49,389 nt of DNA from IMG/VR virus record IMGVR_UViG_3300038674_000709, positions 1 through 49,389 of that record; one strand, 5' to 3'. The first letter of the stretch is position 1, and the number at the start of each line of letters is the position of its first letter. Made by a program: the position numbers and the translations under genes. Under the pieces are notes generated by a model that did not search any database, was not told the DNA's origin, and saw only the letters and a program-made list of their open reading frames with translations. Below, piece by piece: positions 28,799 through 37,654 of this stretch. The stretch is from a virus (taxonomy: Duplodnaviria; Caudoviricetes).

Positions 28799-29438
28799 AT
28801 GCAGTTACACGAAGAATTCAGACCGAAAAACTGGCACAATGTAGTGGCACAGGCCAAAGTCATTGATCAGATTAACGCTCTGCGCTCGCGCGGTCTGGCC
28901 GGTCGCGCTTATTGGATCAGCGGCCAATCCGGAACCGGCAAAAACCACCATTGCCATGCTGCTGGCCTCCGAAGTCGCCGACCCGTTTTGCATTACAGAA
29001 CTTGATGCCGGACAGCTAACCCCCGCTATGGTCAGCCAGATCGAGCAGGAAATGACTTTTTACGGCTGGGGCGGCAAAGGCAGGGCCTACATCATCAACG
29101 AAGCACACGGCCTCAGAAAAGCCGCCATACGGCAATTGCTGGTGCTGTTAAAACGGCTGCCCAATCATGTGGCGATTATCTTTACGACCACTACAGAAGG
29201 TCAGGACATGCTGTTTGAAGACAATGAAGATACGGGGCCGCTATTGAGCCGCTGCGTTGAACTGCGCTTAAGCCGCCGAGACCTGGCAAAGCCGTTCGCC
29301 GAACGAGCCAAACAGATCGCTGAAAGCGTCGGTCTGGACGGACAGCCGCTGGAAAAATATGTCCGGCTGGTGCAATCATGCAAAAATAACCTGCGAACCG
29401 TCTTGCAGGAGATCGAAAAAGGAATAATGAATCAATGA
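28799..29438 (+). pseudogene. Clamp-loader/DnaX-like AAA+ ATPase, frameshifted in Walker A
   Basis: MQLHEEFRPKNW...GQSGTGK then TTIA...YIINEAH...LLSRC in the +1 frame; A5 run at 28940-28944 where A4 restores GKTT. Confidence 0.75.
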
Positions 29439-30193
29439 AACGAAAAAAGCCCACCAAAGCCGTCATTTACTGCCGCGTATCGGACTCCCGATACGCGGCG
29501 GAATCCGAATCGTGCCGGACACAGGAACAACTATGCCGTGCCTGGTGCCAATCCCAACAACTAACAGTCGTATGCTGCCACAGCGACAAGGCGATCAGCG
29601 GGGCCAAAGCAGACAACCGCCCCGGCCTGCAACATGCAATCCATGATGCCTGTCAGCACCGTGCCGTGCTGGTCGTGTACAGCCTGAGCCGATTTGCGCG
29701 CAATCTGAGAGAATGTCTGGAATTGGTGGATACGATCCATCGGAAGAATGCCGATTTTGCCAGTGTAAAAGAGAACTTTGATACCGCCAGTCCGTCCGGC
29801 GAACTGATTTTCCATATCTTCGCCGCCTTGCAGGAGTTTGAACGCCGGCAAATCGCACAGCGCACCCGCGATGCCATGCTGATCCATCAGGCCAATGGCC
29901 GGATCATGTCCGAACGGCTGCCCTACGGCTGCATGGTCGATCCGGCGGATTCGAGCAGAATGATTCCCAATCCGCACGAACAGAAAATCATGATGCGGGT
30001 GGCAAGCTGGCGGCAGCAGGGGTATAAACTGCGTGCGATAGCAGAGCGCCTTAACGCAGGCGGAGAAAAATTCGCCGCCCGCCCCGTCTGCGGCAAGCCC
30101 TCCAAATGGACGCATGGCCGCGTAGTATTCGTTCTGAAACGCGCCGAACAAGCGGGCCTGTACAAACCGTCCCGCCAGGAGCAAAACGCCTGA
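29435..30193 (+). CDS. Serine recombinase (resolvase domain + recombinase domain)
   Basis: AVIYCRVS catalytic Ser, 'RPGL', 'SLSRFARN', 'EFER', 'PYG'. Confidence 0.9.
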   Translation: MKRKKPTKAVIYCRVSDSRYAAESESCRTQEQLCRAWCQSQQLTVVCCHSDKAISGAKADNRPGLQHAIHDACQHRAVLVVYSLSRFARNLRECLELVDTIHRKNADFASVKENFDTASPSGELIFHIFAALQEFERRQIAQRTRDAMLIHQANGRIMSERLPYGCMVDPADSSRMIPNPHEQKIMMRVASWRQQGYKLRAIAERLNAGGEKFAARPVCGKPSKWTHGRVVFVLKRAEQAGLYKPSRQEQNA

Positions 30194-30200
30194 ATCGAGC

Positions 30201-30231
30201 AGGGCGGCCTTCTAAGGGGCCGTCCCTATTT
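30201..30231 (+). terminator. Hairpin terminator ending the early operon
   Basis: AGGGCGGCC-TTCTAAG-GGGCCGTCCCT followed by ATTT. Confidence 0.55.
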
Positions 30232-30270
30232 GCTGCAATCGAACACGTCCGAAGACGGTAGTTCGGCAAT

Positions 30271-30648
30271 CTAAATGTCCTTAGCCTTCTTTGAAAATAG
30301 GTATCCGATGATCGTTCCAAAAAGAACTCCGATGCTTGGATCAAACTTATCCAGATGGGAGAGTATGATTATACCCAAAACGATCACTATTACGGCTACC
30401 AGTTTAGCGACTAATTCGTATGTGTCTGATTTATGGTTCCTCGCAGTGAAGCTTTCGATTAAAGCCATCCCTTTGTCAGCAATGCGATTACCTTGTTCGC
30501 TCTGAAAAAACCTAAGCCAGGGAGCGCGAGAGTAACCAAAGCCTGAAAGCAAATTATCCATTTCTTCCGGGGGCAAACATGCTAACTCTTGCAGCAGTTC
30601 CATCCTGTGAGGAGTTTTGTTTTCTTCAACGTTTTCATCCATATCCAT
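30271..30648 (-). CDS. Low-GC moron, membrane protein with two C-terminal TM helices
   Basis: LVAVIVIVLGIIIL and IGVLFGTIIGYLF helices; start taken at MDMDEN. Confidence 0.6.
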   Translation of the reverse strand: MDMDENVEENKTPHRMELLQELACLPPEEMDNLLSGFGYSRAPWLRFFQSEQGNRIADKGMALIESFTARNHKSDTYELVAKLVAVIVIVLGIIILSHLDKFDPSIGVLFGTIIGYLFSKKAKDI

Positions 30649-30683
30649 ATTTCCTAAAATGAATTCATGCTTTACAAGCACTC

Positions 30684-30765
30684 AACAAAATAACCGCCTG
30701 TGGGTAAGGAGAATAGAAGTCTGTGAGACTTCCTGGGTTATTTGCCACAGGCGGCAAGAAGGAGG
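30684..30765 (-). ncRNA. Structured RNA element B (anti-SD hairpin, terminator-like)
   Basis: CTCCTTCTT-GCCGCCTGTGG...ATAACCC..hairpin..CTCCTT..CCACAGGCGGT-TATTTT; homologous to 31223-31305. Confidence 0.5.
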
Positions 30766-31155
30766 CTATTGATCAAATAACGAGCAAGACTTTGGCGGAC
30801 CTTGTTCCCTGAGCCAGGGCAGCAAGTTAAAATTTTTGCGTCCGGTTTCCAGCCAGTTTACCGGCTTTAAGGGTTCAAATTTATCTATGCCGCCGCCATC
30901 CAGACACCAGGTAATCCACGCCACCCCTTGCTCAAAAGATTCAAATTCTATGGGCAATTCCTGCTCAATAAACATACATGAACGCCGCGAAGACGTTTCA
31001 CCGATCAGATTTATCACATCTACAAATCTGCGGTTCATGCCTTGAACAGCCGATATTTGCAGATTCCCAAAATCGAAAAACAGACAGCCCCCGAAACCAA
31101 CGGTCTGCGCGTCTTCCCTGAAACCAAGCGATTTTAACAGTTCAATTGTTTTCAA
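30766..31155 (-). CDS. Hypothetical moron protein
   Basis: 129 aa, low GC, TTG start. Confidence 0.55.
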   Translation of the reverse strand: MKTIELLKSLGFREDAQTVGFGGCLFFDFGNLQISAVQGMNRRFVDVINLIGETSSRRSCMFIEQELPIEFESFEQGVAWITWCLDGGGIDKFEPLKPVNWLETGRKNFNLLPWLREQGPPKSCSLFDQ

Positions 31156-31222
31156 AATATATAGTTCGTAAGCGTTTTTCTCTGAACATCAGAAGACTTT
31201 TCTCCTGCCTTTTCCAGCTACC

Positions 31223-31339
31223 AAAAAAAAGACCGTCTATGGGCAGAAGGAGGATAGGACAGTGCGTCCTATTAGGGCTATCCCATAGACGGCAGAAGGA
31301 GCTTCATTGTAATATACCATAACGCTTATGCTTGCACAA
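31223..31339 (-). ncRNA. Structured RNA element A with promoter
   Basis: TTGTGC-17-TATATT promoter; CTCCTTCT-GCCGTCTATGGG-ATAGCCCT..hairpin..CTCCTT..CCCATAGACGGT-C-U8. Confidence 0.55.
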
Positions 31340-31361
31340 CCATAAAATCTAAAGTCTAATC

Positions 31362-31391
31362 AGAAAGGGCCTGCTGAGAAGCAGCAGGCCC
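31362..31391 (-). terminator. Terminator after the PEP-CTERM genes
   Basis: GGGCCTGCTG/CAGCAGGCCC 10-bp stem followed by TTTCT on the minus strand. Confidence 0.6.
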
Positions 31392-31409
31392 AATCCTTCT
31401 AATTGAACG

Positions 31410-31997
31410 TTAACGGCAGCGGGTGCGTCGTTTGCCATAAAGACAAATGCCGCCAACAGCAAAGAGCATCATTGTAGTGGGTTCGGGGATGATAGTTATG
31501 TTGTCGAGAACACTTGAGGCCCCTTGAGAATAAATTCTGATGTTAAATGCACTTCCATCAAGCCACAGGCCAGTCAAATAGGTATTCTGGTATGTCCAGC
31601 CGGGCTGGCAATAAACAGTGATATGGTTTATGTCTCCGGGAGCCGGATAATAGGCATTGATTGAGTCGATCTGCCCTCCAGTGAGAACGATAAAAGCATT
31701 ATGTGTAGCTTCTAATAGCCGCACACTTCCGCCGGAGAAGCGAAGTTGACTATTTTCCCACAATTTGATAGTGTCAAGCCCAGTTATGCCTGAGGCATAT
31801 GGTGATGTAGTATTCCGAATATCTATTATACTATTATCTCTGCCCCATATTGTACCTCCTCCCCCTCCTGTCATAATCAAGGTATCATTATTTTTAATTG
31901 TAATAGAATTGAAATAACCATCGCTAATCGTATGAGTGGTTGCAAGCACAGAGACACTCATTACAGCCGCCGATAAAATTACCATTAATGCTCTCAT
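31410..31997 (-). CDS. PEP-CTERM sorting-domain protein
   Basis: Signal peptide; C-terminal IPEPTTMMLFAVGGICLYGKRR. Confidence 0.9.
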   Translation of the reverse strand: MRALMVILSAAVMSVSVLATTHTISDGYFNSITIKNNDTLIMTGGGGGTIWGRDNSIIDIRNTTSPYASGITGLDTIKLWENSQLRFSGGSVRLLEATHNAFIVLTGGQIDSINAYYPAPGDINHITVYCQPGWTYQNTYLTGLWLDGSAFNIRIYSQGASSVLDNITIIPEPTTMMLFAVGGICLYGKRRTRCR

Positions 31998-32015
31998 TGC
32001 CTGTTCCCTTGCTAT

Positions 32016-32630
32016 TTATACCTTTTTTCGGCGCACTAACAGAGTACCCAAACAAAGTAATATCATTGTCGCCGGTTCCGGGATTACTTTGATGTTCTGC
32101 CAGACGGGGCCATAATCCAAATCGTTGATGAATTCGATTTTGAAATATGAACCGCTGTCCCACCAATGGCCCTCGATTCCCTTCATACGATCACCATTAA
32201 TCCATGACCATCCATCTCGTGCATGAATAAAAACGTTCTCATCGTTTGAGGGATATCGCATAGTTTTGATGTAATTGATACTTCCGCCCTTGAGGGTTGC
32301 TGTAGTATTTTGACCAATTTGGATGTATTCAGTTACGCCGCCAAGATAAAGCAGTTGGGCATTGTTGCCAAGCAGAATATCATATACGCCGCTGACACCC
32401 ATAATCAGAGGGGTTGATGTGGATTGTACAATCAGGCGGCCGTTGTCGCGAACCGAAATGTCCAATGCTCCGCCCCCGTCAACAATCAGAGGAATTTGGT
32501 AACTCCGCCACGTTACCCCATATTCATACTCGCCAGCGGTGATAAAACCGTCGCTGTAACCGGCAAAAACCGCCGGGATGCAGCAACCAAGCAGCAATAA
32601 AGGTGCAATTCTTTTCATCACTTTTTCCAT
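32016..32630 (-). CDS. PEP-CTERM sorting-domain protein
   Basis: Signal peptide; IPEPATMILLCLGTLLVRRKK. Confidence 0.9.
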   Translation of the reverse strand: MEKVMKRIAPLLLLGCCIPAVFAGYSDGFITAGEYEYGVTWRSYQIPLIVDGGGALDISVRDNGRLIVQSTSTPLIMGVSGVYDILLGNNAQLLYLGGVTEYIQIGQNTTATLKGGSINYIKTMRYPSNDENVFIHARDGWSWINGDRMKGIEGHWWDSGSYFKIEFINDLDYGPVWQNIKVIPEPATMILLCLGTLLVRRKKV

Positions 32631-33260
32631 TCTTAGCGAAGTATAACCCTATTTCCTTCGCCTCAGCAGAAGACTCCCAACACCAATCAATAGCAGACTC
32701 GCCGGTTCAGGGATGACTTTGACATTCATATAAACGGGATTGAATCCGAGTTCTGTTCTATTGATGAACTCAATATAAAATGGCACACCATTTGCGAGCC
32801 AGTTGCCCTGAATGCCTTTCAGGGGGTCGTTGTCAATCCACGACCAACTGTCTTTCTGAGCATGAATGAAGATATTTTCTGTGGTTCCATATTGGTAACT
32901 CGAAATTTCATTGATGCTTCCGCCCTTGAGAACAGTTACAGCATTATCGGTGCGAACGGAAATTAACCGTGTGACGCCGTTCAAGTATTCTAATTGTGCG
33001 TTGTTGAAAAGCAGTATATCATACACACCGCTGACATATCTTTGCAGCGGTGTTGAGGTGGATTTGACAATTAGGCGGCCGTAGTCGCGAACTTGAATGT
33101 CTAATGCGCCCCCACCATCGACAATCAAGGGAATTTGGTAATTCCGCCATACCACGCCATACTCGTATTCGCCAGCGGTGATAAAACCGTCGCTGTAACC
33201 GGCAAAAACCGCCGGGATGCAGCAACCAAGCAGCAATAAAGGTGCAATTCTTTTCATCAC
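32530..33260. repeat. 92-bp identical direct repeat (32530-32621 and 33169-33260)
   Basis: Identical signal-peptide/N-terminal coding sequence of the two PEP-CTERM paralogs. Confidence 0.9.
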
Positions 33261-33269
33261 ATTCTCCAT
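32649..33269 (-). CDS. PEP-CTERM sorting-domain protein (paralog of 32016-32630)
   Basis: Signal peptide; IPEPASLLLIGVGSLLLRRRK. Confidence 0.9.
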   Translation of the reverse strand: MENVMKRIAPLLLLGCCIPAVFAGYSDGFITAGEYEYGVVWRNYQIPLIVDGGGALDIQVRDYGRLIVKSTSTPLQRYVSGVYDILLFNNAQLEYLNGVTRLISVRTDNAVTVLKGGSINEISSYQYGTTENIFIHAQKDSWSWIDNDPLKGIQGNWLANGVPFYIEFINRTELGFNPVYMNVKVIPEPASLLLIGVGSLLLRRRK

Positions 33270-33345
33270 TCTTGAAAGTTAGCCGTGTGCAGGGTAATTC
33301 CCACACACGGCAATTATACACTTTTCATGTCGCCAAGTCAAGAAT

Positions 33346-36222
33346 TTACTCTAACTGGACTGTTCCGGTCTGCAATTCAACCAGATTCTGACAGACCGCA
33401 TCCATAAACTCCTGCCATAGCTGAGCGTCGATTTCCTGCTGAATCAGCGGGTCTTCCAGCCAAATTTGTTCCAGGAATACAATCGCCGAAGCCAGATCAA
33501 CCATCTGCTCCTGTACGGATTTCTGCTCAATGACAAGCGGTTCAGCCGTCGTTTCCATCATTGCCAACATTTGCATTTGTTCGCCACCGGACATTGTCTG
33601 CAAATCTTCTGAATACCAGCAGGCCCGCCAAAGCCACGGTGCATCCTCAAGGAAAAAGATCAGGTCGGCCAGATCAATGGCATGCGCACTGAGCCCCTGT
33701 GTTGCAAAGTTAAACTGATGTCCGTCCGGATACCACAGGGCCGTTTGCACAGAGGTAACATAGCCTGGGCTGTTCGGGTCGGTGCGGTATTCATAATCCG
33801 GGTTATTCGGATCGCTTAATGCGGTATCGTTGGGGTCATGCGCCCCAAAGAAGCGCGAAAAGCGGGCGAACTCTTCGAGATTAATCAATCCATCCGCATT
33901 AATGTCGTATGGGCTGGATACATCCATGTCGCAGGCGATCTCATACGCTCCCGCATCGACGGCATAGCCGGATTTTCTTGGTCTGCCGTCCATGTCCAAC
34001 TGCGTTTCATACAGCGCCATGAATTCAGGCGATTGGTCTGAGAGATACCTGCACGGGCTGCCCGGCGAGATTCGGACATTGTTGGGGTCGAAATACAAGA
34101 ATTCAGGATCGAGACTCGTATTGAAGTTAATGCTGTTTGCGTCTTCAATGCAGGAGTACATTGCCGCCTGATCTGCGGAAAAACCTACAAGGGCGGGGCC
34201 GCCATTGTGAAAAATAATCGAGTTGTAAATCTCCGGCAACTGGGTTCCCGCAAGAGCAACGCCTTCTGTGAAGTTATGCGATATTGTCACGTTCTGGAGA
34301 TAGGGTCTCTGCGGCGGATTCGCCATCATGAGACCTGCACGACCTTGGCGCAAAACGTCACTCTCCGACAGGACGCTATTGATAACAATGGGAACAGAGT
34401 TCAGGCTGTAGATGCCATATTGGCCGCTCTGCCGCACCCAAACGTTCTCCAGATAAAGCATCTTGCCTTCTCCGGTGTGCCGGATGCCGTCGGCTTCATT
34501 GTATCTGAAATTGACCCATTGGAATACGGCATTGCAGTTTTCTGTAAAAGCACCATAACCTAAGTTCTTAACAACGACGGAGTTAGCAACAGTAAAGTCA
34601 ACGTCCGATGCGTAAATACCTTGGCCGTCAAGTGCGCTTTCCGTAATTGTAAACCCGTCCAGAAGCGTATTATTACCCATCCGCAAAACCGTGGTATTGC
34701 GTTGCGTATCATTGATTTTGCCTGACAGAACGGCTTGATACCGCCTCGGATTGCGCAGGCCAAAATCACTGCCGCCTTTTGGGAAGCCTCCGTAAACGCT
34801 GATTTCATCCGGCAATACAAAACTATCATACGTATTCTCACCGGGTGTGTATGTATTTTGGGCGACATAGATTGAATTTACCTGCCCGCAAGGCGCAGAC
34901 CGAGCGTATTCCAGTGCATGCTGCAAATTGTTGTATGCTGTGCTCCATGATAACCCATTTCCGCCGGGAGCAACACTCTTATCCACATAAAGCACCTCGG
35001 GCGCGTCCTGCCAGCAGCAGACGGGCGTGTCCTTGGTTGCGATGGACAGTAGCCGCATTTCAGGAACAAGGATATTAGGATCACTGAGGGATGGCACGAG
35101 AATTGTGCCCCACAATTCAGCGACATTGTTCAGAACGCCTCCCGGTGCCGGGTTGCTGTCAACCGTCACTTCAAGTTGGCGACAAGCCCCTTGGCCAATA
35201 GGAATATCTCCGATTTCCCAACGATAATAGTGTTCCTGACTGTTGTAATTCTCATCAATTATCAGTGGGTTCATGCTAAGTATGAAATTGTAACGGACAT
35301 TTTTAGGCAGCCAGTCGATAATGACGGTGTCCTGCAATGTCTGATCGGAATTATTGGTAAAGCACAGACTGTAAGTGAAGGTAGTATCCGGATTTATGCA
35401 TTGACCAAAAAGACCATCATCCTTTGTGAACGCATAGCACTGAATTGCGCCGACAATGGCATCTTCAATCTCGATGCCTCCTGATCCTACTTGGTTAAAG
35501 AGCGTGCCTCCGGTTGCCGCCGTGATCTCGCTGGCCTGTCGGCGGTTATGATACAATTCATTCAGGCCGTTGTATTGGTCTAATGCGTTCAGTGCAAAGA
35601 CCTTAATCGATTGTGAAGCCAGCGCAATGATGGTGCCATCGAGTGACGGATAGTAAGGATTATCAATATCATCATGGCCGGGTGCGTCACCTGCCCAAAT
35701 CAAAATTCTGTCTGCTACTTGCCGACCCTTGAATCCAAGATTGCCAGCCGTTGTAGTCCAGTTATTCGCAATACTGACCATAGCCTTCAGTTGGCTTTCG
35801 GGATGATCCCCACCATCCCCAGTTGTAAGTCCATCAATTGCATCCCGCACGTTCTGGATATTGGATGTGAACGGTTGAACCAGATTCACGCCGTAAGCTG
35901 CATAATTGCCGCCATCATCATAATTCCTGTAATCGGCCACACTAAACATGATTGTGTCAGGACAGGAATCGGCCTCAATTGCGGCAATGATGCCCTCAAA
36001 AGCAGTCTTGATGCTGTTGATGCCTCCCATGCTGCCTGTCGTATCTACCAAAAACAGCACATCGGTCACCGCAAAGCTATGGATGCTGCAAAAAACGAGG
36101 AGAGTTAAAATGAGGAATAATCTCTTGGCTCCATATCCTGCGTTTCTCCTGTCCCTGCTTGCCGCTTTTCCTGCAATGAGATTGATTTTGCAACAATCTC
36201 CTGTTACCATCTTGGTTTTCAT
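33346..36222 (-). CDS. Secreted VWA + DUF11-like + right-handed beta-helix + dockerin-like protein
   Basis: FLVDTTGSM (DxTGS MIDAS), 'IIDWLP' DUF11-like segment, 'LYVD..A..GGNGLSW..AY..LQ.AL', 'DMDG.PR...VDAGAYE', 'DINADG.INL.EF'. GGGAGG SD before ATG 36222; in-frame upstream ATG at 36291. Confidence 0.8.
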   Translation of the reverse strand: MKTKMVTGDCCKINLIAGKAASRDRRNAGYGAKRLFLILTLLVFCSIHSFAVTDVLFLVDTTGSMGGINSIKTAFEGIIAAIEADSCPDTIMFSVADYRNYDDGGNYAAYGVNLVQPFTSNIQNVRDAIDGLTTGDGGDHPESQLKAMVSIANNWTTTAGNLGFKGRQVADRILIWAGDAPGHDDIDNPYYPSLDGTIIALASQSIKVFALNALDQYNGLNELYHNRRQASEITAATGGTLFNQVGSGGIEIEDAIVGAIQCYAFTKDDGLFGQCINPDTTFTYSLCFTNNSDQTLQDTVIIDWLPKNVRYNFILSMNPLIIDENYNSQEHYYRWEIGDIPIGQGACRQLEVTVDSNPAPGGVLNNVAELWGTILVPSLSDPNILVPEMRLLSIATKDTPVCCWQDAPEVLYVDKSVAPGGNGLSWSTAYNNLQHALEYARSAPCGQVNSIYVAQNTYTPGENTYDSFVLPDEISVYGGFPKGGSDFGLRNPRRYQAVLSGKINDTQRNTTVLRMGNNTLLDGFTITESALDGQGIYASDVDFTVANSVVVKNLGYGAFTENCNAVFQWVNFRYNEADGIRHTGEGKMLYLENVWVRQSGQYGIYSLNSVPIVINSVLSESDVLRQGRAGLMMANPPQRPYLQNVTISHNFTEGVALAGTQLPEIYNSIIFHNGGPALVGFSADQAAMYSCIEDANSINFNTSLDPEFLYFDPNNVRISPGSPCRYLSDQSPEFMALYETQLDMDGRPRKSGYAVDAGAYEIACDMDVSSPYDINADGLINLEEFARFSRFFGAHDPNDTALSDPNNPDYEYRTDPNSPGYVTSVQTALWYPDGHQFNFATQGLSAHAIDLADLIFFLEDAPWLWRACWYSEDLQTMSGGEQMQMLAMMETTAEPLVIEQKSVQEQMVDLASAIVFLEQIWLEDPLIQQEIDAQLWQEFMDAVCQNLVELQTGTVQLE

Positions 36223-36485
36223 ATAAACCTCCCTAAAACAAAGTTGTCCCCCCATCTGTTTAATAAAGCTCTCAGTCAAATTTACAACCATTTATTTCAT
36301 GCAGCCTCCTTTCTTGTGTAATCCCTTTCATTTTTAGAAAATCCGGGCTGCACAAAGAAAGAACCCCTTCACCGAATCCTTTCGCAGCCCGGCACTATTT
36401 AGTTGTCAATATGCCGGATGGTATGAACCCAGAGAACACACCATTCCGGCAAACCGCACTATGGCGGCGGCAGAAAATTGTAGTA

Positions 36486-36716
36486 GTTTGCAGCGGAACT
36501 CGTAGAAATGTTAAGGAGCGCCGACTGCAAACGCTCGTACAAGGTTCGCCAGAACCCGTGAGGAACGCCGCAAGACGGCGCCCCAACTTGGGGCACCGGC
36601 TTCTACGTTTCCTCGTTACATAAACTGGCGATTTAGTACGAAACGCTCAAAGTCCAGTGGACTTTCGATATTTAATTGTCACGATCAAAATACTACCCTC
36701 CGGAATACTTTGTCAA
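36486..36716 (-). ncRNA. C4/CI-like antisense RNA unit 1 (promoter, leader, structured core 36536-36640, downstream hairpin)
   Basis: Nested stems CGTAC/GTACG, TCGCCAG/CTGGCGA, GAGGAA/TTCCTC, CGGTGCCCC/GGGGCGCCG; unpaired CGTAGAA complementary to 36501-36507. Confidence 0.55.
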
Positions 36717-36732
36717 TCAAAAAATATTGTGT

Positions 36733-36956
36733 GTGGCAGATGCTCAAAGAATTGTTGAGGCACTGCCACGCATCCTGTTGAGGCCTGCGACAGCCTGAAT
36801 CGGAACACGTAAACAGTGCCCCGATTTGGGGCACTGGCTCTGTGCATTTCCGATTCATTGAATGTCGCAGTTTCAACAGGAACGCTTCAAAGTCCAGTGG
36901 ACTTTCAAATATTAAATTGTCGTTAATAGCATAGTAAATTGCCTATAGCAGGTCAA
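36733..36956 (-). ncRNA. C4/CI-like antisense RNA unit 2
   Basis: TTGACC-17-TATGCT; stems CCTGTTGA/TCAACAGG, CTGCGACA/TGTCGCAG, TGAATCGGAA/TTCCGATTCA, CAGTGCCCC/GGGGCACTG; shares a ~40-nt leader with unit 1. Confidence 0.55.
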
Positions 36957-36986
36957 TTAAAAAAACATCGCCGGAAAACCACAAAT

Positions 36987-37193
36987 CTAAGTAATGCTTC
37001 CACAAGGCTTTACACGCTTGCTGTTCTTTTGGGCCTCCCACAAAAACCGTCCGGCTTTTTCCGGATCGGCACACTTTAGAGCGTACGCAAGCTGCCATCG
37101 CTCGGCCAGCGTGCAATGCACAACATGCGTTCGGCAACCGGCATACGTCCTGCAAATCGGATAGCTCAGATGCTTTTTGATGATGTCGTTCAT
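36987..37193 (-). CDS. Hypothetical protein
   Basis: 68 aa Cys-containing ORF after the lysis-like genes; weak support. Confidence 0.35.
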   Translation of the reverse strand: MNDIIKKHLSYPICRTYAGCRTHVVHCTLAERWQLAYALKCADPEKAGRFLWEAQKNSKRVKPCGSIT

Positions 37194-37260
37194 GGGTTTT
37201 GCCTGAAAATGCCCTGCCCGCCGTTCGCGAAGCGGACAGGGCCGGTCCTAAGATTTCCCC

Positions 37261-37554
37261 TTACCGATCCGGTTGAGGGGTTTTAACTGCCTTCAATTCC
37301 GCCGCAGCCCGTACCAGCGCGGCCAGTTCATTCTTGTGGATCAGGAAATACCCTCCCATATCGAGCATAAGCATTTCATTCGATCCGTAAATCCCTACGG
37401 GGATGGGCTTGTTGGTTTGGACGTACAGTGATCCAAGACATTCTTCAGGAATCGGGCTACCGGATTGAATCACCACCCGCGTCTTCGAGCATCCAGCCGT
37501 ACTTAGCCAGCAGAGCGTCAAGATCAACATCCGCATTAGGAATTTTGCCTTCAT
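37261..37554 (-). CDS. Lipoprotein (possible spanin component)
   Basis: MKAKFLMRMLILTLCWLSTAG-C lipobox; overlaps the upstream small ORF. Confidence 0.55.
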   Translation of the reverse strand: MKAKFLMRMLILTLCWLSTAGCSKTRVVIQSGSPIPEECLGSLYVQTNKPIPVGIYGSNEMLMLDMGGYFLIHKNELAALVRAAAELKAVKTPQPDR

Positions 37555-37654
37555 ACGCCAAGACCTCATTTGTGGCCGTCAGCAGGTCCTTCAGCAGCCG
37601 ATACAGCATTTCGGCTATCAGCGGAACCAGCAGTTTCAGCAGTGACATCCACAT
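37457..37654 (-). CDS. Small membrane-anchored protein (possible spanin component)
   Basis: 65 aa with hydrophobic N-terminus, AAAGGGG SD; overlapped by the lipoprotein ORF as in Rz/Rz1. Confidence 0.45.
   Translation of the reverse strand: MWMSLLKLLVPLIAEMLYRLLKDLLTATNEVLAYEGKIPNADVDLDALLAKYGWMLEDAGGDSIR

Noticed and set aside
28940-28944. Programmed dnaX-type frameshift
   Set aside because: The known dnaX signal is an A AAA AAG heptamer far downstream of the ATPase domain; this is an A5 run inside Walker A needing a shift in the opposite sense.
32530-33260. Diversity-generating retroelement TR/VR pair
   Set aside because: Repeat is identical and N-terminal, no adenine-specific mismatches, no reverse transcriptase in the window.
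36642-36921. CRISPR array from the ~40-bp palindromic repeat
   Set aside because: Only two copies ~240 bp apart, each with its own promoter; no cas operon (the PD-(D/E)xK nuclease sits in a RecET-like context).
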